Below, one piece after another: positions 1-11,715 of a DNA stretch of 64,000 bases. Numbering within the stretch: position 1 is the stretch's first letter; the number at the start of each line of letters is the position of its first letter. The notes beneath the pieces are model-generated. The model did no database searches, was not told where the DNA came from, and saw only the letters and a list, made by a program, of their open reading frames with translations. Source of the DNA: an uncultured delta proteobacterium (GTDB lineage Bacteria > Myxococcota_A > Polyangia > Fen-1088); NCBI GenBank assembly GCA_963755125.1, contig CAVWIP010000008.1, positions 128,001-192,000 on the forward strand, read 5' to 3'. A program made the position numbers and the translations under genes.

Positions 1-354
1 AACGGCGGGACCGTCGTCCAGGGGTGTGATGCTCTCGATTCGCTGCTCTGTGCGGATGTGGGGCAAGCGCCCGGTTGCGTGCGCGCGGCCTGCCTGCTGG
101 GTATCGATGCGCTCATCCAGCAACTGGATGCAAGCTTCACTGCGCTGGAGGGACAGGGCCTCGACTTCTTCCTGTCCGGCTCGGCCCCGATTGTCGATCA
201 GAATGGCGACGGACAGGCGGAGGCACTGGGCAGCTCGTCGTCGTCCACCCCGGTAGGACCGGGGCTGTGGTCGGCCACCTTCAAGAGCAGCACCGGATCC
301 ACCAATGTCTACGGCTCGTGGACGGCGGCGCGAGTGTCCGCCCCGAGTCAATGA
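1..354 (+). CDS. C-terminal part of a hypothetical, probably secreted protein (5' truncated by window edge)
   Basis: Frame 1 is open from base 1 (NGGTVVQGCDALDSLLC...) to TGA at 352-354, with GC-rich coding-like codon usage; no family recognised. Confidence 0.6.
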   Translation, partial: NGGTVVQGCDALDSLLCADVGQAPGCVRAACLLGIDALIQQLDASFTALEGQGLDFFLSGSAPIVDQNGDGQAEALGSSSSSTPVGPGLWSATFKSSTGSTNVYGSWTAARVSAPSQ

Positions 355-556
355 CTGGCAGCTGTCGACGCAGAATGATGCAATTCAGCAGCAATCTGTG
401 ACCCGAGCCGCGCGCCAAGATCGACCCAAATCGCAGGATTCGGGTCTGCGCCGGATTCAGGTATAATGGCGCCCGGTGCCCCGCGCACCCTTTCCGCGAG
501 AACCACCGGGTCTTGCGGGAGGTCGGCCCAACCCATACTGAGCTTTGGTAAGAGCT

Positions 557-1471
557 ATGAAAAACTCGCGCCTTTTCCATCCCCTGTCGCTTTCGATCTT
601 CCTGTGCGGCCTGACTGTCCTTGGCGCTTCGGCTGTCCGTGCCGCCGAGTGCCCCGCCACCTCGCCGGATCGGACCGACGAGCGGCGCGCCTTGGCCAAG
701 GAATGGTTTGCCCGGGCCGAGGCGGCCGAGAACGCCGGCAACGACGTCGAGGCCGTGCGTGACTATGCCTGCTCCATGAAGATGGTGGCCCATGCCTTCA
801 CCGCGTTCAATCTGGGGCGGGTGGCGGAGCGCTCAGGCGATCTTGAGTTGGCCTTGAAGTCGTACAAGGCCTATCTGACGTTGAAGACCGACGCTCCGGA
901 CAAGGACGAGGTGCAGGCCAAGATCACGGATCTGCAGACGAAGATCCTGGAGGCCAAAGCGGCCGTCGGCGAGGGCGAGCCAGCGGCCACCGAGACACCC
1001 AAAGCCGAGGAGAAGCCGGAGGTTCCTGCCGAAACAGCCGCAGAACCGCCCCAAGAAAAACCGGAGAAACCGCTCCCCATCGAGCCGCCGCCTGCCGTGG
1101 CCGAGCAGGCCGCCGGGGAAAGTGGTGGCTCCAGCCGCCTCCTGGTGTGGGTGGTCGGAGGTGTGGGCGTCGCGGCCCTCACCACAGGCATCATCACGAA
1201 CATCATCGCGCGTAGTGATATGAACACTTGCAACAGCAAAGCCGACGGCGGCTACCTGGCGCAGGCCCTATCCGCTTGCAACAGCGCGAAGCCGGCTGCG
1301 TACACCTCGTATGCCATGTTCGGGGTCGCCGGCGCCGCGGCCGTTGCCGAGGGCGTGCTGCTCTATCGGGTCTGGGCGAAGAGCGGCGGCGGGGACAGCT
1401 CGGATGACACCTCGGTGAGTCTGGGCTGGTTGCCGGGTGGCCTGAGCCTGAGCGCGCGCGGGCGTTTCTAA
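557..1471 (+). CDS. Signal-peptide TPR protein with Pro/Glu linker and C-terminal hydrophobic segments (myxobacterial type)
   Basis: Signal peptide ending AVRA; TPR-like helices (AFNLGRVAERSGDLELALKSYKAYL); hydrophobic segments; C-terminal ...SARGRF. Confidence 0.75.
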   Translation: MKNSRLFHPLSLSIFLCGLTVLGASAVRAAECPATSPDRTDERRALAKEWFARAEAAENAGNDVEAVRDYACSMKMVAHAFTAFNLGRVAERSGDLELALKSYKAYLTLKTDAPDKDEVQAKITDLQTKILEAKAAVGEGEPAATETPKAEEKPEVPAETAAEPPQEKPEKPLPIEPPPAVAEQAAGESGGSSRLLVWVVGGVGVAALTTGIITNIIARSDMNTCNSKADGGYLAQALSACNSAKPAAYTSYAMFGVAGAAAVAEGVLLYRVWAKSGGGDSSDDTSVSLGWLPGGLSLSARGRF

Positions 1472-1496
1472 CAGTCTCTCGCGGCTGCGGCTTGGC

Positions 1497-2234
1497 GTGG
1501 GGATCTATGTGGATGGCCTGCGCTCCGTTGAGGACACAGGGGTGAGAGGAGAGAACGCAGAAGGGGCGGCTGGCGCGGCGATCGCTGAGCGGGAGCGGCT
1601 GCTGGCGCACGCGCGTGCCTTGGTGGGCGTGACCTTGGCCGAGCTGGCCGATGGGTTGGGCTTGCCTGTGCCCGTCGGCCGGGTGCGCAGCAAGGGCTGG
1701 TCAGGGCAAATCGTCGAGCGCGAACTGGGCGCGGGCGATGGTCCGGGTCGCGGTCAGGACTTCGCGGCGCTGGGCATCGAGCTGAAGACCGTGCCGGTGG
1801 ATCGCGATCTGGTCCCGCGCGAGTCGACCGCCGTGTGCCAGATCGATCCCATCGCGATCGCCGGCGAATCCTGGGAAACTAGCTATCTGCGCGAAAAACT
1901 GAGCCAGGTATTGTGGGTGGGGCTGGAGGTTCCCGCGGGAGAGGGTTCGGTTGGCGATCGCCGGGTGGTGGCGGTCAGGTTGTGGACGCCCTCGCCGGAA
2001 GAGCAAGCCCTGCTGCGCGCGGATTTCGAGCTGTTCGTGCGCGCGTACTTCCGGCGCGGCCAGGGCGCCGCGATCACTGGCCACCAGGGGCAAGTCTTGC
2101 AAGTCCGCCCCAAGGGTCGCAATGCCGCCGACCTGCGCCGGGCCTTTGGCCCTACTGGCCAGCCCACCGAGATCGGCAAGTGCGGCTTCTATCTGCGGCC
2201 CGGATTCGTGGCGCGCGTCCTGCGCGGCAAATGA
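1497..2234 (+). CDS. mutH: MutH/Sau3AI-family endonuclease
   Basis: KGWxGxxxE, QDFAALGIELKTVPVD (PD-(D/E)xK core), LQVRPK and GFYL motifs as in MutH; start codon uncertain. Confidence 0.88.
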   Translation: MGIYVDGLRSVEDTGVRGENAEGAAGAAIAERERLLAHARALVGVTLAELADGLGLPVPVGRVRSKGWSGQIVERELGAGDGPGRGQDFAALGIELKTVPVDRDLVPRESTAVCQIDPIAIAGESWETSYLREKLSQVLWVGLEVPAGEGSVGDRRVVAVRLWTPSPEEQALLRADFELFVRAYFRRGQGAAITGHQGQVLQVRPKGRNAADLRRAFGPTGQPTEIGKCGFYLRPGFVARVLRGK

Positions 2235-2305
2235 CGCTCGCCTAGCCTGGCCGCCGGACGTATGCTCGGCCGCGCCGAGTCTGAAAGCCCCAAGGGAGTG
2301 CAATC

Positions 2306-3868
<1,563 letters not shown>

Positions 3869-3876
3869 CCAGCGAG

Positions 3877-3923
3877 CGTGGCCGTGGCCGACGGTGCTCA
3901 CCCCGGCCATGGCCACGGCCACG
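3877..3923. repeat. 13-bp inverted repeat between convergent leuA and pgeF (terminator or REP-like)
   Basis: CGTGGCCGTGGCC (3877-3889) and GGCCACGGCCACG (3911-3923). Confidence 0.55.
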
Positions 3924-3965
3924 TCTACGGCCACCACCACCTTTCGTTGCCTTGCTGAATGAGCA

Positions 3966-4817
3966 TCATCGCGCTGGAAAGGAGCCATTGCTGTACACCG
4001 TGCTCGGTTTTCCTGCAGCCACGATGAATCCCACCAACTGCCCGGTCAGCCGACCGGAGCGGCGAAAGGAATAGAAGCGGCCGGCCGGATCGCAGTACGT
4101 GCAGTCTGAGCTGGCGTCGATGTGCTCGGGCAAAACGCCGGCCGCCTGGAACTGCAGACGCAAGCACTGGCGCAGATCGATGCGCGCCTGGAAGCCCTCC
4201 GTCTCCAGCACCACGCCCGCCGCGTGCGCGCCGGGCCAGGCGGCCTCGAAGGCCGCCACGACTTCAGCTCCCACGTCGAAGCAACAGGGGCCGATGCAGG
4301 GACCGAGGGCAACCCGCAGATCCTCGGGACGGCAGCCAAAGACCTCGGCCAGAGTCGCGACGCCCGCGGTCGCCACGCCTGCCACGGTCCCGCGCCAGCC
4401 GGCGTGCAGCGCCGCACACGCTCCGGTGCGCGGATCGGCAATCAGCGCCGGCACGCAGTCGGCCACGTGCACCGACAGGCCGAGGCCCGTCCCATCGCTG
4501 CACAGCCCATCGGCCTGTTCGGCTTTCACCGCTTCGCCATCGTCGCCGGCGGCCACCCGCACCACGCGCGTCCCGTGCACCTGCGAGACGGCATACATCG
4601 CGCGTGCCCCCGAGGCGACCAGGAGACGACGCCGATTCTCCGCCACGTTCTCGGGTGAATCACCCCATTTGCTGCCCAGGTTCAGGCTCGCGTAGGGCGC
4701 CGCACTGACCCCGCCTGCGCGCGTGCTGAAGCCGTGGCGAAACGGCGCAGGGATGGTGGCGGATACCAGCAGCGGGATGGAAGCGCCGCCATCAACAGGA
4801 AAACCCCTGGTCTCCAC
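3966..4817 (-). CDS. pgeF: PgeF/YfiH (laccase-domain) family protein
   Basis: HGFSTRxGG, SLNLG, QVHG, ADCVP, HAGWRG, GPCIGPCCF, FYSFRR; GTG start behind GGGAGG; follows rluD. Confidence 0.93.
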   Translation of the reverse strand: METRGFPVDGGASIPLLVSATIPAPFRHGFSTRAGGVSAAPYASLNLGSKWGDSPENVAENRRRLLVASGARAMYAVSQVHGTRVVRVAAGDDGEAVKAEQADGLCSDGTGLGLSVHVADCVPALIADPRTGACAALHAGWRGTVAGVATAGVATLAEVFGCRPEDLRVALGPCIGPCCFDVGAEVVAAFEAAWPGAHAAGVVLETEGFQARIDLRQCLRLQFQAAGVLPEHIDASSDCTYCDPAGRFYSFRRSGRLTGQLVGFIVAAGKPSTVYSNGSFPAR

Positions 4818-4818
4818 G

Positions 4819-5841
4819 TCAACCTCCCTTCCGCGATGGGGAGCGAACCCGCGCGTCGGCTCTGGACTGGTCCTCGGCCGCCAGCGCGCGCAGGCTGGCC
4901 AAAGCCGCCGAAAAATCCGCAGGCGGCTCGGACTGGAACTCCAGCCACGCCCCGGTTTTGGGATGGAAGAAGCCGAGCACGCGTGCATGCAACGCCTGCC
5001 GCCCCAGGGTACGCGCGATCTCCCGCACCGCTGCGTCGCGCGGCGATCGGCCATAGGTTGCGTCGCCCAGGATGGGACAGCCGAGCGCCGCAAAGTGCAC
5101 CCGCACCTGGTGCGTGCGCCCGGTTTCCAATTCGGCCTGCAAACGCGCGGCCCGGCCCAGATCCTCGACCAGCCGCCAGTTGGTAACGGCGCGCCGGCCG
5201 GTCTTGACCCGCGTGGTGAAGCGCTTGCGGTCGTGGGGATCGCGACCGTGCAGGGTATCGATCTTTCCCGCCGCGCGCGGTGGCCGGCCCACCACCAATG
5301 CGTCGTACGCGCGCCTGACCCGGTGGATCTTGAAGTCGGCGCCCAGCGCCGCCATGGTCGCGTCGTCCTTGGCCACCACCAGCAGGCCCGAGGTGTCCTT
5401 GTCCAGGCGGTGCACGATCCCGGGACGCAGCTCGCCGCCGATCCCGCGCAGATCCCGACAATGGGCCAGCAGCGCGTTCACCAGAGTTCCGTCCTCGTGC
5501 CCGGCAGCAGGGTGAACCACCAACCCCGGCGGCTTGTCGAGTACCAGCAGCGATGCGTCCTCGTACACGACCTGCAAGGGGATGGCCTGCGCGCACAGTT
5601 CCAAGCTCGGGCGCGGATCGGCCGGCGTCCACACGATGACTTCTCCGGCCCGCAGCTTGCGCGAGGGCGCCGCCAACTTGCCGTTGACCGTGACCGCTCC
5701 TTCCGACACATGGCGGGTAAATTGCGTACGGGAAACCTCGGGAAACTGGGCCGCCAGCACCAGATCCAGTCGCCCTCCGGCCGCGCCCGCCTCCACCACG
5801 AAGGTGTGCGGTCGTGAACTTGCGGGAGAACCGGCACTCAC
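4819..5841 (-). CDS. rluD: RluA-family pseudouridine synthase, RluD-like
   Basis: S4 domain, KPPGLVVHP, HRLDKDTSG, TGRTHQVRVH, QALHA. Confidence 0.94.
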   Translation of the reverse strand: MSAGSPASSRPHTFVVEAGAAGGRLDLVLAAQFPEVSRTQFTRHVSEGAVTVNGKLAAPSRKLRAGEVIVWTPADPRPSLELCAQAIPLQVVYEDASLLVLDKPPGLVVHPAAGHEDGTLVNALLAHCRDLRGIGGELRPGIVHRLDKDTSGLLVVAKDDATMAALGADFKIHRVRRAYDALVVGRPPRAAGKIDTLHGRDPHDRKRFTTRVKTGRRAVTNWRLVEDLGRAARLQAELETGRTHQVRVHFAALGCPILGDATYGRSPRDAAVREIARTLGRQALHARVLGFFHPKTGAWLEFQSEPPADFSAALASLRALAAEDQSRADARVRSPSRKGG

Positions 5842-6107
5842 CAGATTTTCGACTTGATGTTCTGACCGCGCTGCTTGAGCAAGATATCCACCAGCGCGCG
5901 ATCATAGAGATTGCTGGCCGCAATCTCAGGCGTCACGCGCGACTTGAAGTGCGCGCGGCCCTCCTCAATCTCGTCTTTCATCAGGTCGAAAAGCGTGTCG
6001 GCCTGGATGCCCTGGGCCAGCTTGGCCTCGTTGTACATCGCCAGATCGGAGGCGATGGCCCGGGCAAACTGGCGCGCGCGTTCTGCCTTGTCGATGAGAG
6101 GCGGCAT
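5838..6107 (-). CDS. Small helical conserved hypothetical protein
   Basis: ARxxARAIASDLxxYN...EIEEGRxxF pattern; overlaps the rluD start by 4 bp. Confidence 0.75.
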   Translation of the reverse strand: MPPLIDKAERARQFARAIASDLAMYNEAKLAQGIQADTLFDLMKDEIEEGRAHFKSRVTPEIAASNLYDRALVDILLKQRGQNIKSKIW

Positions 6108-6188
6108 CCCCCTAATTTAGCCGATTTCTGGACAACGCGCGAATCAGCTTTGCTGGCGCCGGCTTCCGTCACTAGACTGGCCTTGCCC

Positions 6189-6677
6189 ATGTTCCCAACC
6201 ACGACACGATCTGCGAACCCACCCCGTCTCGCTGCTGCATCTCTCGCCTGGCTGGTCCTGGCCGGCACCACGGTCCTGGCCGCGGATGAAGCCTTTGAGG
6301 TCAAGCCCGGTCAGGTCAAGGCAACCCTGGGCGAAAAAGCCACCGCCAGCGTGACCATTGCGACCAAGAAGGATTGGCACCTCAACGCCGAGGCGCCGCT
6401 CACCCTGAAGCTGACGCCCGATCCGGACATCACGGTCGAGAAGCCGCGCCTGGTGCGGGCTGACCTGGCAGCCAGCACCGATTCCACTGCTCGCTTCGAC
6501 GTAGCCCTGGTCGCCAGCAAAGAGGGACATGGCGAGGTGAAGGCCGAAGCCGGCTTCGTCATCTGCCAGGAAACCATCTGCCGTCCGATCAAGGAGAAGG
6601 TGGTCATCAGTGTCGAGACGAGCGCACCCGGTGCGCCTCGGCCTGTGAAGAAACCGCCGCAATCCCGTATGAAGTGA
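6189..6677 (+). CDS. Secreted Ig-like protein resembling the DsbD N-terminal domain
   Basis: Signal peptide (VLA-ADE), WHLN motif, beta-strand pattern, C-terminal CQETIC pair. Confidence 0.65.
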   Translation: MFPTTTRSANPPRLAAASLAWLVLAGTTVLAADEAFEVKPGQVKATLGEKATASVTIATKKDWHLNAEAPLTLKLTPDPDITVEKPRLVRADLAASTDSTARFDVALVASKEGHGEVKAEAGFVICQETICRPIKEKVVISVETSAPGAPRPVKKPPQSRMK

Positions 6678-6686
6678 GCCGGGGCT

Positions 6687-6918
6687 TCTAGCCCGCCTTA
6701 TTCATCATCCATCTGTACCCAACCAGAACTGCGAGGCGGGCTAGACAAGCGTGCGGAGCCTGCCGGCTTTGCCGGCAGCGCAGCATCGCGGGAGGGCATG
6801 AGAACCCTCCCAGGGTTCCCATCGACAAGGTCTAGCCCGCCGCCCTTCCATGAATCCGAGACAGTCTGTTTGCGAACGCCCGTCGGTGCCCCAATCCTCG
6901 TGAATCATGCGGGCTAGA
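6687..6918. repeat. Composite palindromic intergenic region (REP/MITE-like)
   Basis: TCTAGCCCGCCT (6687-6698) with AGGCGGGCTAGA (6734-6745); TCTAGCCCGC (6831-6840) with GCGGGCTAGA (6909-6918); hairpin 6798-6823. Confidence 0.65.
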
Positions 6919-7200
6919 AAGTACCGGGCCTGTGAGCGATGCCCAACTCGGACGCCGCAACGGCGAAACGAACGTCGGCGGTCCAGATCTGGTGACGTTG
7001 CAGGATCGCGGAGGCGAGAAGGTGCGCATCGATCCACCCGAGACCTCGGCTAGAAAGGCGGCGCGAACGCACAAAAGTGACGACTTCATGATGGGCAACT
7101 GTGTCCGCTTGCTGCATCTGCGCGTAGGCCGCGAGAAGTTTGCTACGACCTCCGATGTCACCAACGAGAAGTTCGCCGAAGCCGATGCCCAGACCGCCCG
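6914..7200 (-). pseudogene. 5'-truncated PIN-domain (VapC-like) toxin remnant
   Basis: FGELLVGD...GLGWIDAHLLASA...IWTADVRF matches the C-terminal part of VapC; N-terminal DTSVW motif, proper start and antitoxin are absent. Confidence 0.65.
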
Positions 7201-7205
7201 CGTCT

Positions 7206-8600
7206 TCATTCCCGATTGAACGACTCCCGGAGGATGCGTTCAACCCGTCGAGACAGGCCGCGCTCCACGCTTCCCACCACCACGGCTGCCATTCGCTCGG
7301 GCCGCAACACACGGCGAGCCACTTGGCGAATCTGTTCCACGCTGACGGCAGCCACGCGGAGGTAGCGTTCGGCTGGGCTGCGCGGGCGCGAGAAGAACAG
7401 CGCCGAACCCCCGAACCAACTACAAAGACCTTCCAGATCGTCAAAGCCGGCCTCCACGTCGCGCGCGTAGCGACGCTTGGCCTTGTCCAGTTCCTCCTGC
7501 GAAACCAGCGTCGTGCGCAACTCGGACAGCAAGACCATGACTTCGCTCGCCAACTGAGGCAGTTTCTCCGGCAGACAGGCAGAGTCGATCTCCACCAGAG
7601 AGGTATCGTAAAGAGGATCGAGTGCGGCGCTGACGTGGTAGGCGAGGCCCTTCTGGTCGCAAACCCGATAGTGCAAGCGCGTGGACATGCCGTCGTCCAG
7701 CACGCGCAACAAGACGTTGAGCGCGGCGTATCCCGGATCCCGATCGGCAAGCGCATGAAACAGGACCTGGATCTCAGCCTGTGCCGAATCGCTGCGCACC
7801 GTCCGGAAGCGTGGTCCATTCACCCGCACGGGCGGCGGCATAGGCTGCAGCCGCCGCCCAGAAGGCAGACCGCCGAAAGCCCTGCTGACCATCTTCAGCA
7901 CTGCCGCAGGCCGCACCGGCCCGGCCACGCACAGGACCATGTTGCGCGCGCCATACAGGCGCCGGAAATGCCGGACCACGTCGGCGCGCGAGAAGCGCCG
8001 GATGTTGCGCTCCGGCCCGGTGATGGAAAAGCCCAGCGGATGACCCGACCAGAGGGCCTCGCGCGCCAGATCGTCGGTGTTGATGTGCCGGCCTCGGTCG
8101 TCGAAATCGTCGAGGATCTCCTCGAGTACGATGGCGCGTTCGAGGTCGAGATCCGAAAAGCATGGCGCCAAGAAGAGATCGCCAAGAATATCGAGCGCGC
8201 CTCCGAGGTCGCGTGGCTGCAGCGTGACCTGATACAGGGAGTAGTCGCGTCCCGTCTCTCCGATCAGCATCCCGCACCGTTCCTCGATGGCGCGGTTGAG
8301 CGAGAACGAGTTGGGGTAGCGCGCGCAGCCACGAAACAGCATGTGTTCCACGAAGTGCGAAAGCCCGTTCGTGTGCGCCCCCTCGTGGCGTGAGCCGGCA
8401 CGCACGTACAGAGCCACGACCGCTCCGTGCAGGTGGGGCGCCTCGACGATACACACGCGCAACCCGTTGGCCAGGCGGTGCTGCGACACGCGCCCGGGGA
8501 AAGTGAGATGATCGACGGCGGGCCGTCGCTGGCGCAAATCACGGTGGGACAAGTTGGTCAGAATAGCGCGGAATTGAAGCGAAAGATCGGCTAGAAGCAC
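7206..8600 (-). CDS. M16-family (pitrilysin-like) zinc peptidase; true start probably ~8490-8550
   Basis: LANGLRV, RAGSRHE, inverted zincin HFVEH, ERxIVLEE. Confidence 0.92.
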   Translation of the reverse strand: MLLADLSLQFRAILTNLSHRDLRQRRPAVDHLTFPGRVSQHRLANGLRVCIVEAPHLHGAVVALYVRAGSRHEGAHTNGLSHFVEHMLFRGCARYPNSFSLNRAIEERCGMLIGETGRDYSLYQVTLQPRDLGGALDILGDLFLAPCFSDLDLERAIVLEEILDDFDDRGRHINTDDLAREALWSGHPLGFSITGPERNIRRFSRADVVRHFRRLYGARNMVLCVAGPVRPAAVLKMVSRAFGGLPSGRRLQPMPPPVRVNGPRFRTVRSDSAQAEIQVLFHALADRDPGYAALNVLLRVLDDGMSTRLHYRVCDQKGLAYHVSAALDPLYDTSLVEIDSACLPEKLPQLASEVMVLLSELRTTLVSQEELDKAKRRYARDVEAGFDDLEGLCSWFGGSALFFSRPRSPAERYLRVAAVSVEQIRQVARRVLRPERMAAVVVGSVERGLSRRVERILRESFNRE

Positions 8601-8605
8601 GGTGG

Positions 8606-9433
8606 ATGAATGCAGCAGATTCGACCATTCGCCTGGTGGTCAACGCCGACGGGTTCGCTGGGGACGCCGCCATCACGCGCGGAACTCTGCGCGCGCACCG
8701 GGAAGGCATCGTCACCAGCGCCTCGGTGATCGGCAACTGCGCCGAGCCCGAGGCCGTCCGGGCCGAGTTGGCCACGGTTCCGGCCCTGGGGATTGGCGTT
8801 CACCTGACCCTGACCGGCGGCGCTCCTGTCGCGCAGCCATCTACCGTCCGCTCACTGCTCGGTCCCGACGAGCATTTCCCGTCCGAGGTGCGAGAGGTCT
8901 TCCTCTCGTGGGCCAAGGCTGCGCCCCGCAGCGACGAGATCGAACGCGAATTCGAGGCTCAGGTGGCGCGCCTGCGCGACGCGGGCCTGGTCATCGACCA
9001 CCTTTCCACTTGTCATGACGTAGGCTTTCTGCCCGTGGTGGGTCGCGCGGTCGAAGCAGTGGCGCGCCGGCACGGCATCGCCGGCGTGCGCACGGCGGTG
9101 GAACGTCCGACCCTGGCATGGTTCACCGAAATTCGGCGCAGCCTAACCACCGCTGCCCTGTGCAGCCTGGCCTGGTTCAACCGACGACAGATGGGAATTC
9201 TGCGCCACGGGCCGAGAACCTGGGGCTACTTTGAAAGTGGGCGGCTAGACGAAATCCGGATTCTGGAAATCCTCGGCCGCCTGGGCCCCGGCATCCACGA
9301 GCTGATGTGCGCGCCCCGCGAAAGTGACGATGCCGTCGAACGCGGCGAGCTGGCCGCGCTGCTGTCGGCTCGCGTGCGCGACGGACTTACACGCCGGGGC
9401 ATTGCCCTGTGCAGATGGGCCGATCTCTTCTGA
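8606..9433 (+). CDS. ChbG/YdjC/HpnK-family deacetylase
   Basis: LVVNAD, GIVTSAS, GIGVHLTL, IDHL; some metal-ligand motifs diverged (NADG, ELMCAP). Confidence 0.85.
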   Translation: MNAADSTIRLVVNADGFAGDAAITRGTLRAHREGIVTSASVIGNCAEPEAVRAELATVPALGIGVHLTLTGGAPVAQPSTVRSLLGPDEHFPSEVREVFLSWAKAAPRSDEIEREFEAQVARLRDAGLVIDHLSTCHDVGFLPVVGRAVEAVARRHGIAGVRTAVERPTLAWFTEIRRSLTTAALCSLAWFNRRQMGILRHGPRTWGYFESGRLDEIRILEILGRLGPGIHELMCAPRESDDAVERGELAALLSARVRDGLTRRGIALCRWADLF

Positions 9434-9542
9434 CCCTTTCCCATCCGGCTCTGTGGCTGGTGAGATCCGGATCGTTCAGTTTCTCGCGCAAGACTCTCGC
9501 GTCCGAGACGCGGTGAACGCATAATCAGGTTTGCTTCCCGCC

Positions 9543-10265
9543 ATGAACGATCTCCGCTCGACGCAGCAGTACTACGATCGCTTCGCGATGACCTACGAAC
9601 GCGAGCGCCACCGGGGCTATCACCGCCTGATCGACGATTTGGAACTCGAGTTGGTGCGCCGCTACGGCACGGGGCTCGACGTCCTGGAAGCAGGCTGCGG
9701 CACCGGTCTCCTGCTGGCCGAAACCGCTCGCGTGGCCCGCTCGGCCACTGGGCTCGATCTGTCCCGCAGCATGCTGGGGCTGGCCCAGCATCGCCGCTTG
9801 GCCGTGGTACAAGGCTCGCTGACTGCGCTGCCCTTGCCCGACCGGGCGGTGGATCTGGTCTACAGCATGAAGGTGCTGGCGCACGTGCCGCCCATCCGCG
9901 AGGCTTTGGCTGAGTTGGCCCGGGTGGTGCGCCCCGGGGGCCACCTCTTGCTGGAGTTCTACAACCCCTACTCTCTGCGCTACCTGGCCAAGTTGATGGG
10001 GGGAGCAGCGCCCATCGCCGAGGGAACCACCGACCGCGACGTCTACACCCGCTATGACACACTGGAAACCGCGCGCAGCTACCTGCCCGACTGCGTGGAG
10101 TTCGTCGGCGTGCGCGGCGTGCGCGTGGTCACTCCCATGTCCCAGGTTTTTCGCGTTCCCGCCCTGGCCGCGCTCTTCGAGCGAGCCGAACGCGCGGTCT
10201 GCGATTGGCCTAGCCTACGCAGCTTCGGCGGTTTTCTCGTTGTCATCGCACGCAAGAAGAACTGA
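9543..10265 (+). CDS. Class I SAM-dependent methyltransferase
   Basis: VLEAGCGTG, GLDLS, RVVRPGG. Confidence 0.9.
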   Translation: MNDLRSTQQYYDRFAMTYERERHRGYHRLIDDLELELVRRYGTGLDVLEAGCGTGLLLAETARVARSATGLDLSRSMLGLAQHRRLAVVQGSLTALPLPDRAVDLVYSMKVLAHVPPIREALAELARVVRPGGHLLLEFYNPYSLRYLAKLMGGAAPIAEGTTDRDVYTRYDTLETARSYLPDCVEFVGVRGVRVVTPMSQVFRVPALAALFERAERAVCDWPSLRSFGGFLVVIARKKN

Positions 10266-10269
10266 GATC

Positions 10270-11706
<1,437 letters not shown>

Positions 11707-11715
11707 CTGTCCCCG

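Noticed and set aside
6687..6918. Mini-CRISPR array
   Set aside because: Repeats are short and inverted with irregular spacing; no cas genes
6914..7819. 301-aa ORF as an intact gene or M16-PIN fusion
   Set aside because: The first two-thirds is an alternative frame of the peptidase; only the tail is PIN-like; no frameshift signal seen
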